From: Eledone cirrhosa
Taxonomy: Eukaryota
Direction: 5' to 3'
NCBI GenBank assembly: GCA_964016885.1
Contig: OZ024764.1
Coordinates: 2,356,001 to 2,420,000 of the forward strand
Length of the DNA: 64,000 nt
Shown: piece by piece, positions 27,725 to 40,879 of the stretch
Position numbering within the stretch: the first letter of the stretch is position 1
Layout of the letters: every line of letters starts with the position of its first letter
Notes under the pieces: generated by a model
What the model saw: only the letters and a program-made list of their open reading frames with translations
Told to the model about the DNA's origin: nothing
The model's database searches: none
Program-made: the position numbers and the translations under genes

Positions 27725-28968
27725 GGTAAACCTTAAGTTTCACGTCGGAAATGAAATTTATTTTCATTTTCAATCCATTAGAAATGGAGATGGCGATGTA
27801 ACCGCGACAATTTCTGTCAAGCAGTGCGACATAATTGTTTTTTTTTCAAGGAAGCTATGTGCCACTCGATCACCTTATTTTTATTTTATACATGTGGTGC
27901 TACGATTATACACAAGCTGAGATGATTCGAGAAACGGGAGTCTCCCAACCGACAATTATTGACTGGTGCAATTTTATTCGAGAAATTTGCGAGCAATATT
28001 TGGAGGAAAATCGCCAACAACTTGGAGGCTTCGATGACAATGGTGAGTCCATCATTGTCGAGATCGACGAGAGCAAATACTTCCATAGAAAGTATCATCG
28101 TGGCCTGTGGAGACAAGGCCACTGGGTCTTTGGCGTTGTTGAACGCCATTCTGGACGCTGCTGCCTTATAGAAGTCCCAAATCGAAGCCGTGACAATCTC
28201 CTCCCCATTATTCAACATTGGATTTTGCCAGGCAGCCGCATCATCTCCGACGGTTGGGCTTCGGATGCTGAACTGGATCAAATTGAAGGTGGGGTTTACG
28301 TTCATTATGTTGTTGTGCACGGACGGGACTTTATAGACCCTGAAGTCCACACCCAGCTAATGGAGAACACGTGGCTGCGTGCAAAGAAGAAGCATCGACG
28401 AGAGCCAGCATGAAACTTAACATGGGATTGTAAAGGGGTCAGATGAGATCTGGGTCTCTGAGAATTCCTGCACTATAAAATTATTGAGGTTTGAAAAGCT
28501 AACACCCGTTGTGTAAGCTTTTTTCCCACCCTAGCTCCGTATGGTGTAGGGTGGAAAACTTGGGTGACAATTTTAAGAGAAATATCTGAGAAAACCTGGT
28601 ATTGTAACGTGGTCTGGGTCTCTGAGAATCCCTGGATAGGGTTTTTGAAATGCTAACACACGTTAGTATGGTGTTTGGTTGGAAAAAAATACATGATGAC
28701 ATTTTGAATTTAGAGGAAAGCTAGGATTGCAAATGGTAGGGATATGACGAGAGCCAGCGCTGATTTATTTCAATCTTATATTGCAGTCTTTGGCGACAGA
28801 GAGTTGGTGCCAACAAGTTTGGCGAGATGATAAACTGCATCGGGGCAATTGATATGGTCCAATAAACGTTTCAATATCTTATTTTGGGGTTTCAACAAAC
28901 ACAAAATGAAAATAAATACGCGAAAATGAAAATAAATTTCATTTCCGCCGTGAAACTTAAGGTTTACC
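27725..28968 (+). mobile_element. Merlin (IS1595/ISXO2-like) DNA transposon with a disrupted transposase
   Basis: TIRs of about 46 bp starting GGTAAACCTTAAGTTTCACG (27725-27770 and 28923-28968); TSD CAT(A)ATCCC; ORF 27835..28413 has VEIDES, WVFG, ISDGW, HTQLMENTW. Confidence 0.9.
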
Positions 28969-29924
28969 CATATCCCTACCATTTGCAATCCTAGCTTTGC
29001 TCTAAATTCAAATCGCCATCTCGTATTATTTTCCAACCAAGCACCATACTAACGTGTTAGCTCAATAATTTTATAGTCCAGGCATTCTCAGAGACCCAGA
29101 TCATATTTGACCCCTATTACAATCCCAGGTTTCCCAAATTCATCCAATATATATCTCAATAAAGCAACGATCTCTTTTAAAGTTTTACCTACGTTTCCCG
29201 CCATCTCCAACACCAACAGTACTACAGGTCGCACGACATGCTAGAAATGGCAGCCAACACCACTACAACCTTATTTATTTACTATATCGACCAAATGAGG
29301 GAAAGACTTCTAAATTCATGGTTATTCAATACCCAGGTCATGTCCCTACCATTTGCAATACTAGCTTTGCTCTTACTTCAACTTCTAAAAATGTCTAAAG
29401 CCTGTCCGAGCCCGGGTCTCACCAGGCCGGAGTTTATCCCGATTTTCGTGGCATGAAGCGACTGAGAGTACCAGACTTCTCCCTGGACAAGACACCAGTC
29501 CACAACAGGGTTAAACTAACCCCCCAGTTATTACTGGTACTCATTTTAAGCTAAGTACACTGGAGAAACATGTTTTGATCAACAACACAACACCACTAGG
29601 TCCGAGGAATGAACCCTCCACTTCAAATACTCATCTTGTAATATTTTACCCCCAACACTATATTAATGACAGCAAGCTTTTCAAACCCTCAACAGCTGTA
29701 TCATCCAGGGGTTACCAGGGACCCTGGCCACAATCATCTTGCAATCACAGGTTTTCTCATCTCTCTCCATTTAAGAATCACTGTTTTAACAACTAGCTAG
29801 AAATTGCAGCTAAATCTCCCTCAAATTACACCCTATTGTCTTGTCAATATATATTTATATATATATATATATATGATTAAACGATTTATGTAACATCACC
29901 ATTTTTCTTCATGTTATTTGTGTG

Positions 29925-29932
29925 TGCGTGTG

Positions 29933-30004
<72 letters not shown>

Positions 30005-30008
30005 TGTG
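29925..30008. repeat. (GCGT)n microsatellite
   Basis: Alternating purine-pyrimidine tetramer run. Confidence 0.95.
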
Positions 30009-30105
30009 TCGGGTTCAGTCGGGAGTAAGGTACTCAATACATAGTAGAGTATAATATAAATATTTAATATAGAAATGGCTCTAGTCCTGTAGAAGCCATT
30101 TCTAC

Positions 30106-30158
<53 letters not shown>

Positions 30159-30399
30159 TTGGGGGTCATATTGTTGTAATAATAACAGAACACACTCAGT
30201 GTTTGGTTGGTTCTCACTTCTCTATCTCTGGCAATCAATGTTTGTCATTGATTGACCAACAGTTAAAAATACAGATATATATATATATACATATATACAT
30301 ATATATATTTATATTCCTGACTGTCCAGGAAGCTCCAACCGTTAAGGTTGTCTTTTTTCAGGGTATGTCAAAATTTATTTATAAAACTAATCTGTATTG

Positions 30400-30465
30400 T
30401 ATTTTATCTGATGAAAGCGCACCATAATTTGCCTTGGTGGCCCTTGAAATATGTATAATAAAATA
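30400..30465 (+). ncRNA. Type I hammerhead motif, family A
   Basis: TATTTTAT-CTGATGA-aagcgcacca...tggtggccctt-GAAA-tatgta-TA-ATAAAATA. Confidence 0.75.
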
Positions 30466-31481
30466 AATATGGTTTTATAAATATAGTTTCCATTTATTTA
30501 ATATCATTGAATATTTACTCCAGAAATCTGTCGAGTGCTCTGAATCAGTTATAAACATTTATATTTGCTGGATTTCCAACAAATTAAGTATCTCTTCTAC
30601 ATATAACAATATATATATATATATAAGTTGATGGAAACCGCGGAGTGGGGAGACCCAAGATGACCTGGGATGAGGTGATAAAAGCCGACCTTACCCAATT
30701 ACACCTCTCAAAGACAATGACACACGACCGTGACTTCTGGCGTCACGCAGTAATACAGAGTACCCGACCTCCCATGGGTACATGCTGAAGCATATAAACA
30801 ATATGCCCCCACACCCCCGTCCGCAAGGTGGTCGTGGAGGTGCCACTGCAAAAAAGCAGCCAGCCCACACTGTAAAGTGGACGTGTAGGCGCCACGAAAA
30901 AGCACCCAGCACTCACTGTAAATGAGGTTGGTGTTAGGAAGGGCATCCAGCTGTAGAAATCAAGCCAGATCAGTTCCTGTATGAGCAAGGCATGGTCAGC
31001 CGACTAGACACTGCCCACAACAGGACAACCCGTCTAACCCATGCTAGCGTGGAAGAACGGACGTAAAACGGTGATGATGATATATATATAATTATACTTG
31101 GGGAGGGTCATATTGTAGTAATATTGCCAGAAATAATAACAGAACACACTCACTGTTTGGTTGGTTCTCACTTCTCTATCTTTTACATCTCCATAGTTAA
31201 TTTATCTGGCAATCAATGTTTGTCATTGATTGACCAACAGTTAAAAATACAGATATATACACATATAAAATAATACAACCAGCTATCCACGAAATTCTGA
31301 GGAAAATACTTAGGTATATCCTAATGTTTGTTGAGTGAGATGGAGTTGGTCGGAGTATCGCTTAAGGCTTTCTCTGTTAATGTATTGTATATATATATAA
31401 CGGAGGAAATGTGGTAAGGAACCAGGTGGACCATAACGCACCAAAGTACTCAATACTTAGGATAGTAGAGTGGGTAATAGG

Positions 31482-31586
31482 AACGAGTAGGACCCCGACG
31501 GCTGAGCTCAAACCGTTTCGACGGCTAATTAGTCCAGAATTAGCCGTCGAAACGGCTTGAGCTCAGCCGTCGGGGTCCTACTCGTT
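31482..31586. repeat. Palindrome with arms of about 49 bp and a 7-nt loop
   Basis: AACGAGTAGGACCCCGACGGCTGAGCTCAAACCGTTTCGACGGCTAATT-agtccag-reverse complement, one mismatch. Confidence 0.9.
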
Positions 31587-31588
31587 GC

Positions 31589-31622
<34 letters not shown>

Positions 31623-31789
31623 AGCCAACGACGGAAATCTCTACATGGTAACAAAACTGTTAAAAATAGCAGCCAAACCTCCCTCAAATCAACCGCTACT
31701 GTTTTATATATATATATATATATATATATTTCATTTAAATCTTTCTTCTATTGGGAGCCAACGAGGGGGACCTCTATATGGTAATAAAA

Positions 31790-32557
31790 ACAGCCAAATC
31801 TCCCTCAAATCACACCCTGTTGTCTTGTTTGTATACACTAGTGAGGAAGACCTCTACGTGGTTGATAAACCTGATATATAGCAGCCAAATCTCCCTCAAA
31901 TGACACCCTGTTGTCTTGATAGTATACACCAGTGAGGAAGACCTCTACGTGGTTGATAAACCTGATAGATAGCAGCCAAAACTCCCTCAAATGACACCCT
32001 GTTGTCTTATGTTAGTATACACCAGTGAGGAAGACCTCTACGTGGTTGATAAACCTGATAGATAGCAGCCAAATCTCCCTCAAATGACACCCTGGTGTCT
32101 TATGTTTGTATACACCAGTGAGGAAGACCTCTACGTGGTTGATAAACCTGATATATAGCAGCCAAATCTCCCTCAAATGACACCCTGGTGTCTTATGTTT
32201 GTATACACCAGTGAGGAAGACCTCTACGTGGTTGATAAACCTGATATATAGCAGCCAAATCTCCCTCAAATGACACCCTGGTGTCTTATGTTTGTATACA
32301 CCAGTGAGGAAGACCTCTACGTGGTTGATAAACCTGATATATAGCAGCCAAATCTCCCTCAAATGACACCCTGGTGTCTTATGTTTGTATACACCAGTGA
32401 GGAAGACCTCTACGTGGTTGATAAACCTGATAGATAGCAGCCAAATCTCCCTCAAATGACACCCTGTTGTCTTATGTTTGTATACACCAGTGAGGAAGAC
32501 CTCTACGTGGTTGATAAACCTGATAGATAGCAGCCAAATCTCCCTCAAATAACACCC
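31790..32557. repeat. 93-bp minisatellite, about 8 copies
   Basis: 31-aa periodicity in ORF 32012..32548; the AGCAGCCAAATCTCCCTCAAAT segment also occurs dispersed (about 29800, 31665). Confidence 0.95.
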
Positions 32558-34087
32558 TAATGTTTATATAGAGATATAAATATATAGATAGATGTAAATA
32601 CACACACATATATATATATATATATGTATATATGTGTGTGTGTTTGTATATGGTCCAAAATAACGTCCGTCATGTTGAGCCAACGATGAAAGATGAAGAT
32701 AGTAACAAACCTGTTAAAAATAGCAGTTAATTGTCCACAAATCATCCTTCAGTTGATGTTCAAGGGTTTCTCCTCCCTTAGAAAAGCCGTGGCCCCACTT
32801 TTTATTCGTTTGTACGTTTATTCCCATTGTCCCATCTGGTTTCAATGCCGAGATGTCCAACTTAAGATCAAGAGTGGCGGCCATCTTCAAAGATGGCTTC
32901 AAAGATGGCTTCCAAGACTGGAGAGGTTCGCAAACGAATTTTATCGTATTTTCTCAACAAAAACCCTTCCAAATATCCTATGAATAGATTTTAAACATAC
33001 TGAAGCCTGAAATAAGTTTTTATATTAAAAATATATACAGTAGTCGGGAGGGTTACGTTCCTAGAGCACCTGTTAAGAGTAAAAAGCCGCGAATATTGGA
33101 CGTGGTATCTATAAACGTCAAAATATAACGTAAAATATAATTAAAAAAAGAGGGAGAGTCTTATACGAAGGGGCGTCTAATAGGCCGAGAAATATTATGA
33201 GAAAGGAAAACAGTTTGAATATATAAACACAGATGAAACATGAAATAAACACTTTATTCAATTTTAATATAAATCAATCAAATTTATTAAGTTCTTTTCC
33301 CCAAACGATGCTCGGGGCCAACACACCGTGCCCACCCCATCCCCATGCACGCAACTTTCAGAGGTAGGCGCCCATCCCAAGCAAGATGGTTGGATAACAA
33401 CCATGAGCTTGGCTGGTCTCATTTTGGGGGTCCAGCCAGATCAATTGAAAATCTTTGTACAGCATCTCTCCACAATTCTTTGTCATCTCTTCTGTGAACT
33501 TTACCGATCTGAGGTCTCACCACTTCCATCAAGGTCTTCCCCTACTGCAGCTTCCTTCCACTGGTATTACTTGGCACTTCTTTACCCAACAATCATCATC
33601 CATGGGCATCACATGTCCATACCAACACAGTCTCCTCTTCTGCACACTATTTCTGATGCCTCTTTTATATAACAAATATTAAGATCTGGAAGGATGAAAA
33701 GCAAAGCTGACCATGCTAGGATTTGAACTCAGATATCAGAAAACCGGAATGAACACCACACAGTTTCCTTCCTATCCAACATCATAATAACTCTGCTAAT
33801 TCACCTATAAGAGATGTCAACATTTTTATCTAAAGACATTTTTTCCAATTTCACCCTGCCCGTCCGCTCAATGTATCTTATTTCTTATTCTTTCTTCTGA
33901 TGAAGGACTAGTGTCTAAAACGTTAAGACCCTCTTCCTGCTATATCAAGCGTTAACCTAATATATCCTTTCCATATACTGTACCGATTGTGTTGTTATTT
34001 CTGTTTACCTTTTACATATATATATATATATACACACAGACACACACATGCATTATAAATATATATACACACATATATGTGTATGTG

Positions 34088-34123
<36 letters not shown>

Positions 34124-34233
34124 TATATATTTATATATATTTATTAAAATAACAGATAATATATATATTATAATAATATATATTTATCCTTATCGAGCCC
34201 TCTTTGGATTTTAGCCTTCAAATTTATTATTAT

Positions 34234-34276
<43 letters not shown>

Positions 34277-34358
34277 AATGAAGTATTTCTGTCGGAAAGG
34301 TACAGGAAAAAAGAGTGCTCTATGTAGGCTACGGAGCTTATTAGTTATGTAATAAACA

Positions 34359-34396
<38 letters not shown>

Positions 34397-34709
34397 ATGT
34401 GGTTGGTGTTAGGAAGGGCATCCAGCTGTAAAATACCCAGCCAAATTTATAGCCCCCACTTGAGCAAGGTGTGACATGGCCAACCCTGGTCAGACTTGCT
34501 TCCTGGCATGAACAATGCTAGTATGGTAGAATTGACGTTAAATGGAAATGATGATATATACATATCATCATTATTTATCTTCCACACTAGTATGGGTTGG
34601 ACGGATTTGTCCCATTTGAGGCAAGATTGGTCAGTAGGCCGTGTCTCACTCATACAGAACTGTATCTGGCAGGTTTTCTACAGCTGGATGCCCTTCCTAA
34701 CACCAACCA

Positions 34710-35195
34710 CATTTACAGTGTGGACTGGGTACTTTTTGTTGACACCTACATGACCACTTTACAGTGTAGACTGGGTACTTTTTGTTGTCACCTACATGAC
34801 CACTTTACAGTGTGGATTGGGTACTTTTTGTTGTGACACCTACATGACCACTTTACAGTGTGGACTGGGTACTTTTTGTTGTGACACCTACATGACCACT
34901 TTACAGTGTGGATTGGGTACTTTTTGTCGTGTCACCTACATGACCACTTTACAGTGTGGACTGGGTACTTTTTGTTGTGACACCTACACGACCACTTTAC
35001 AGTGTGGACTGGGAACTTTTTGTCGTGTCACCTACATGACCACTTTACAGTGTGGACTGGGTACTTTTTGTTGTGACACCTACATGACCACTTTACAGTG
35101 TGGACAGGGTACTTTTTGTCATGTCACCTACACGACCACTTTACAGTGTGGACAGGGTACTTTTTGTCGTGTCACCTACACAACCACTTTACAGT
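34710..35195. repeat. 48-bp tandem repeat amplified inside a SINE-related element, about 10 copies
   Basis: TTACAGTGTGGACTGGGTACTTTTTGTTGTGACACCTACATGACCACT. Confidence 0.93.
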
Positions 35196-35636
35196 GGATG
35201 GAAAAGGGATGATGGGGTGAGGTGTACATTAAGTAAAGAAGTGCCTACTGACTGTAGGTTTGTATGCAATGGCAGTCGTGTCTTCTGTAAAACTGCATGG
35301 CGCCAAAGATCTCGATCCAGTGTCATTGTCTTAGACAGTTAAGTAAGCATGGTCAGTTTTTATCACCTCGTCCCAGGTTTTTCTTGGTCTACCCACTCCG
35401 CAGCTTCCATCAATTTTCATTGCCCTTCACCTTTTTATACAGCTGCCGTCCTTCACACACATCACATGTCCATACCAACGCAGTCTCCTCTCCAGAACAC
35501 AACATTTGACTCCTCTTATGCTTAGTCTCTCTCTCTTAATTCATTTATGCTTTGCCTTTTGCGTTGATTACTGTTACACATCCAATATACACACACGTGT
35601 TATAGATATAAATATGTGTGTGTGTATATATATATA

Positions 35637-35669
<33 letters not shown>

Positions 35670-35845
35670 GTGTGTATATATATATATGTGTGTGTGTTAT
35701 ATATATATATATATATGTGTGTGTGTATGTATATATATATGTGTGTGTGTGTGTATGTATATATGTGTGTGTATATATATATGTGTGTGTGTGTGTGTAT
35801 GTATATATATATATGTGTATGTATATATATACATGTGTGTGTATG

Positions 35846-35878
<33 letters not shown>

Positions 35879-36192
35879 ATGTATATATATATGTGTGTAT
35901 GTATATATATATGTGTGTATGTATATATATGTGTATGTGTATATATGTATATGTGTGTGTATGTATATATATGTGTGTCATATATATGTGTGTGTATGTA
36001 TATATATATATGTGTGTGTGTGTATGTATATATATATGTGTGTGTATGTATATGTGTGTATGTATATATATGTGTGTATATATATGTGTGTGTATATATG
36101 TGTGTGTATATATATATGTGTGTGTGTGTATGGATATATGTGTGTGTATGTATATATATGTGTGTGTGTGTATGTATATATATATATATGTG

Positions 36193-36253
<61 letters not shown>

Positions 36254-36290
36254 ATATATATATATATGTGTGTATATGTATATATATATA

Positions 36291-36337
<47 letters not shown>

Positions 36338-37387
36338 ATATATATATATGTGTGTGTGTGTATATATATATGTGTGTGTGTGTGTGTGTATCTCCAGTTA
36401 CAGAAGATGTTCATAAATCTCCAACAATATCCAGTTCCACATCTGGTGAGACACATTATATCTCATATTAACACTGCCACAATTACCACCAACACCTCCA
36501 CTACCACTGACACCACCACCACCACCACTAGCACCTATACTACCACCATCACCATCATCATCAATATTACCATCATTACGCCCACTACTATCAACACCAC
36601 ATCCACCATTAATATCACCTTCATCAACACCATCACCATCAACACCAACATCATCACACCACCACCACCATACCTCCACCACCAACACCATAACACCACC
36701 ACCATCACACCATCACTCCACCAACACAATCACCATCAACACCATCACACCACCACCAACATCACACCTCCACCACCACCATCACACCACCACCATCACA
36801 CCTCCACCACCACACCTCCACCAACACCATCACACCTCCACCACCACCATCACACCACCACCACCACCAGCATTATGCCCTCTACATTCATCAACACCAC
36901 CACCACCAACACTGACACCTTCACTAACATCTTCACCACCACCAACACCACTAATGCCACCAATCCAATCATCATCATCACCACAACCAACACTACCATC
37001 ACCATGACCACCAGGTTCTGTGGTCAGTCCCACTATATGACACCCTGGGCCAAGTGTCTGCTACTATAGCCTCAGAGTGACCAATGCCTCCTACAAGATT
37101 AGCAGTTTCATCTAGTTATTTCTATATTAAATAAATATATATGTATATAAGTGTATGTATGTGTGCGTCCTCGTATCTGCATTGAGGCCTGGTATATAAT
37201 ATATATATATATATATGGAGGGACATGGTTTAGTGGTTAGAGCATTGGGCTTGCAATTGAAAGTTTGTGAGTTCAATTCTCAGACCAGGTGATGTGTTGT
37301 TTCCTTGAGCAAGACACTTTATTTCACATTGCTCCAGTTTACTCAGCTGTAGAAATGAGATGATAGGACTGGGGTCCCTATCATTCC

Positions 37388-37790
37388 ACTGCAAAGTGGT
37401 TGTGGAGGTGCCACAGCAAAAAAGCACCCAGCACTCACTGTAAAGTGGTCGTGGAGGTGCCACGGCAAAAAAGCACCCAGCACTCACTGTAAAGTGGTCG
37501 TGGAGGTGCTACAGCAAAAAAGCACCCAGCACTCACTGCAAAGTGGTCGTGGAGGTGCCACGGCAAAAAAGCACCCAGCCCACACTGCAAAGTGGTCGTG
37601 GAGGTGCCACGGCAAAAAAGCACCCAGCCCACACTGCAAAGTGGTCGTGGAGGTGCCACGGCAAAAAAGCACCCAGCACTCACTGTAAAGTGGTCGTGGA
37701 GGTGCCACGGCAAAAAAGCACCCAGCCCACACTGTAAAGTGGTCGTGGAGGTGCCACGGCAAAAAAGCACCCAGCACTCACTGTAAATGA
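37388..37790. repeat. 49-bp tandem repeat amplified inside a SINE, about 8 copies
   Basis: Identical ORF starts at 37494, 37543 and 37592; the segment is single-copy in other SINE copies. Confidence 0.93.
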
Positions 37791-38800
37791 GGTTGGTGTT
37801 AGGAAGGGCATCCAGCTGTAGAAATCAAGCCAAATCAGTTCCTGTATGAGCAAGACATGGTCAGCCGACTGGACACTGCCCACAACAGGACAGCCCATCT
37901 AACCAATGCTAGCGTGGAAGAACAGACGTAAAACAGTGATGATGATGATGATATATATATATATGTATATAATACATGTGTGTCCTTGTGTCTGTGTTGA
38001 GGACCTGTAACACTGGTAGTTTGAGAGTGCCCCAGCATGGCCAGTCTAATGACTGAAACCAGTAAAAATACCAGTAGTGCTCCAGCATGACCAGACAGAA
38101 AGCAGTAAAACAATAAAATATAATTTAATTAAAAAAACAAAACAATTTAATTTGTATTTCTCCATTCAATTGGTTTAAAATTTTTATTTTATTGAAAAAG
38201 GACAAAAAAGGGGGATAGAAAAACCCCTTCAATTACTGTACAAACTTCTCAACCTCAAATACTGAATGACTGACAAGTGTCTGACCCCAGGAGGGGGACA
38301 GGACATGATGAAATGAGAATGAGAGAAGAGAGAGAGGGGGGGAAGAAGGGGAGAAAGATGGAGGAAGGAGAGAGAGGGGGGTTAGATGGAGGAAGGAGAA
38401 AGAGAGAGAAATGAGAAAAAGGATAAAGATAAAGATCCCTTAACCCCTTGTGCCCTAGACACACCATCATGTCTAGGACACTTTTAAACCTGGCTAAGCC
38501 CAACCTCTCCACGTCTGAACACAGCGAAGTTTTTCTATAGAGGAAGAATCAACTGCCCCCCAGTACAGCACTGGTACTTTATCGAGCTGGAAAGGATGAA
38601 AGGCAAAGTTGAGCACAGTGGGATTTGAACTCAGAGAGTGCAATGAGGTGGGACCAATACTGTAAAGCATTCTATCTGATGTCTTAATGACTCTGTCAAT
38701 TCAACAGCTGAGAAAAACAGGGGTGAAAAAGGGGCAGTTTATCCTTGTTTGTCTCTTCCGCGTCTTCTGTTTCCTGTATATGTCCCATATAATTTTTTAA

Positions 38801-38838
<38 letters not shown>

Positions 38839-38883
38839 ATGTATGCGTATGTATGTATATGTATGTATGTGTATGTATGTGTA

Positions 38884-38916
<33 letters not shown>

Positions 38917-39049
38917 GCGTATGTATGTATATGTAAGTATGTGTATATATGTATATGTATATATGTATGTATATGCATGTATGTATGTGTGTGTGCGTGT
39001 GTGTATGTATGTATATATGTATGTATGTATATATATATGTATATGTATG

Positions 39050-39080
<31 letters not shown>

Positions 39081-39211
39081 GTATGTATGTATATATATAT
39101 ATATATATGTCATCATCATCATATATGTATATGTATGTATGTATGTATATATATATATATATATGTATTTATATATATATACATACATATACATATATAT
39201 ATATATGTATG

Positions 39212-39250
<39 letters not shown>

Positions 39251-39429
39251 GTTATTCCGGGTTGAATCGGAGGTAACCACAGTAAGTAAGGTACTCAATA
39301 CATTGCAGAGTATAAAAGTTTTAATATAGAAGAGCTTCTACAGGACTAGAACTGTTTCATTCTTGAGAAATAAACAGTTCTAGTCCTGTAGAATCTCATC
39401 TATATTATATACATATATATATATACATA

Positions 39430-39514
39430 CACAGGTGTGTGTGTATGTATATATATATATATATATACACACAGGTGTTTGTGTGTGTGTGTATATATAT
39501 ATATACACACACAG

Positions 39515-39551
<37 letters not shown>

Positions 39552-39992
39552 CACAGGTGTGTGTATGTGTGTGTCAGATGTTATCCTACTTGCCACCTGT
39601 GTATATATACACACAGGTGTGTCTGTGTGTGTATATATATATATATATACACAGGTGTGTGTATATGTGTGTGTATGTGTGTGTATGTATGTGTGTTTCA
39701 CAGACTTTACCCTACTTGCCACCTGTGTATATATACACACAGGTGTGTCTGTGTGTGTATATATATATATATATACACACACAGGTGTGTGTATATGTGT
39801 GTGTATGTATGTGTGTTTCACAGACTTTACCCTACTTGCCACCTGTGTATATATACACACAGGTGTGTCTGTGTGTGTATATATATATATATATATACAC
39901 ACAGGTGTGTGTATATGTGTGTGTATGTGTGTGTATGTATGTGTGTTTCACAGACTTTACCCTACTTGCCACCTGTGTATATATACACACAG

Positions 39993-40025
<33 letters not shown>

Positions 40026-40503
40026 CACACAGGTGTGTGTATATGTGTGTGTATGTGTGTGTATGTATGTGTGTTTCACAGACTTTACCCTACTTGCCAC
40101 CTGTGTATATATACACACAGGTGTGTCTGTGTGTGTATATATATATATATATACACACACAGGTGTGTGTATATGTGTGTGTATGTGTGTGTATGTATGT
40201 GTGTTTCACAGACTTTACCCTACTTGCCACCTGTGTATATATACACACAGGTGTGTCTGTGTGTATATATATATATATATACACACACAGGTGTGTGTAT
40301 ATGTGTGTGTATGTGTGTGTATGTATGTGTGTTTCACAGACTTTACCCTACTTGCCACCTGTGTATATATACACACAGGTGTGTGTGTGTGTGTGTGTGA
40401 CAGACTTTACCCCTTTACCCTACTTGCCACCTGTGTATATATACACACAGGTGTGTGTGTGTGTGTGTGTGACAGACTTTACCCCTTTACCCTACTTGCC
40501 ACC
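39430..40503. repeat. Compound minisatellite with units of about 120-133 bp, just downstream of the PRPF8 stop
   Basis: CAGACTTTACCCTACTTGCCACCTGTG core separated by TA/TG runs. Confidence 0.9.
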
Positions 40504-40646
40504 TCTACCACCCCATATGGAAGTAAAGGGAAGAGTAGGAGGGCTGGGAGAGAGCAGGGAAGAAGAAAGAAATGGAGAAGGGGAGAGAGAAAAAAGAGTA
40601 AAAAGAAAGGGAAAAAAAGGGGGGTGGGGGCAAAAGTGTGTCCGGG

Positions 40647-40801
40647 TTATGTGTACAAGTCCTCTCTGTCGGCACCCACGTTCTCTGCATCCTCCAGGGC
40701 TGAGAAATTGAGGAAATGTGAAGGTCGGTGAACCTCGTGGTAGAACTCTTTGGGGTTGGCCAGCTGGAGGTCGTATTTCATGTTGGGGTCGTGTCGTACA
40801 C
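40647..40801 (-). CDS. PRPF8: Prp8, last coding exon
   Basis: ag|(G)[50 protein letters not shown]; TAA at 40649-40647. Confidence 0.97.
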
Positions 40802-40879
40802 CTGGAGAGGAGAGAGATGATTACAAAGGTAAATAGGTAGCTAGATAGATGGACAGACAGACAGAGAGGCTGATAGGTA

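Noticed and set aside
27835-28413. Bacterial IS1595 contamination or horizontal transfer
   Set aside because: The TIRs, 8-9-bp TSD and integration into host repeats fit the eukaryotic Merlin superfamily.
31297-31350. CTGAGGA followed by a hairpin as another hammerhead
   Set aside because: There is no GAAA after the hairpin and no stem III, so at most it is a decayed remnant.
35506-37069. Long YIYI, CVCV and HTHT ORFs here and throughout the window
   Set aside because: They are translations of TA/CA/TG/GGT microsatellites.
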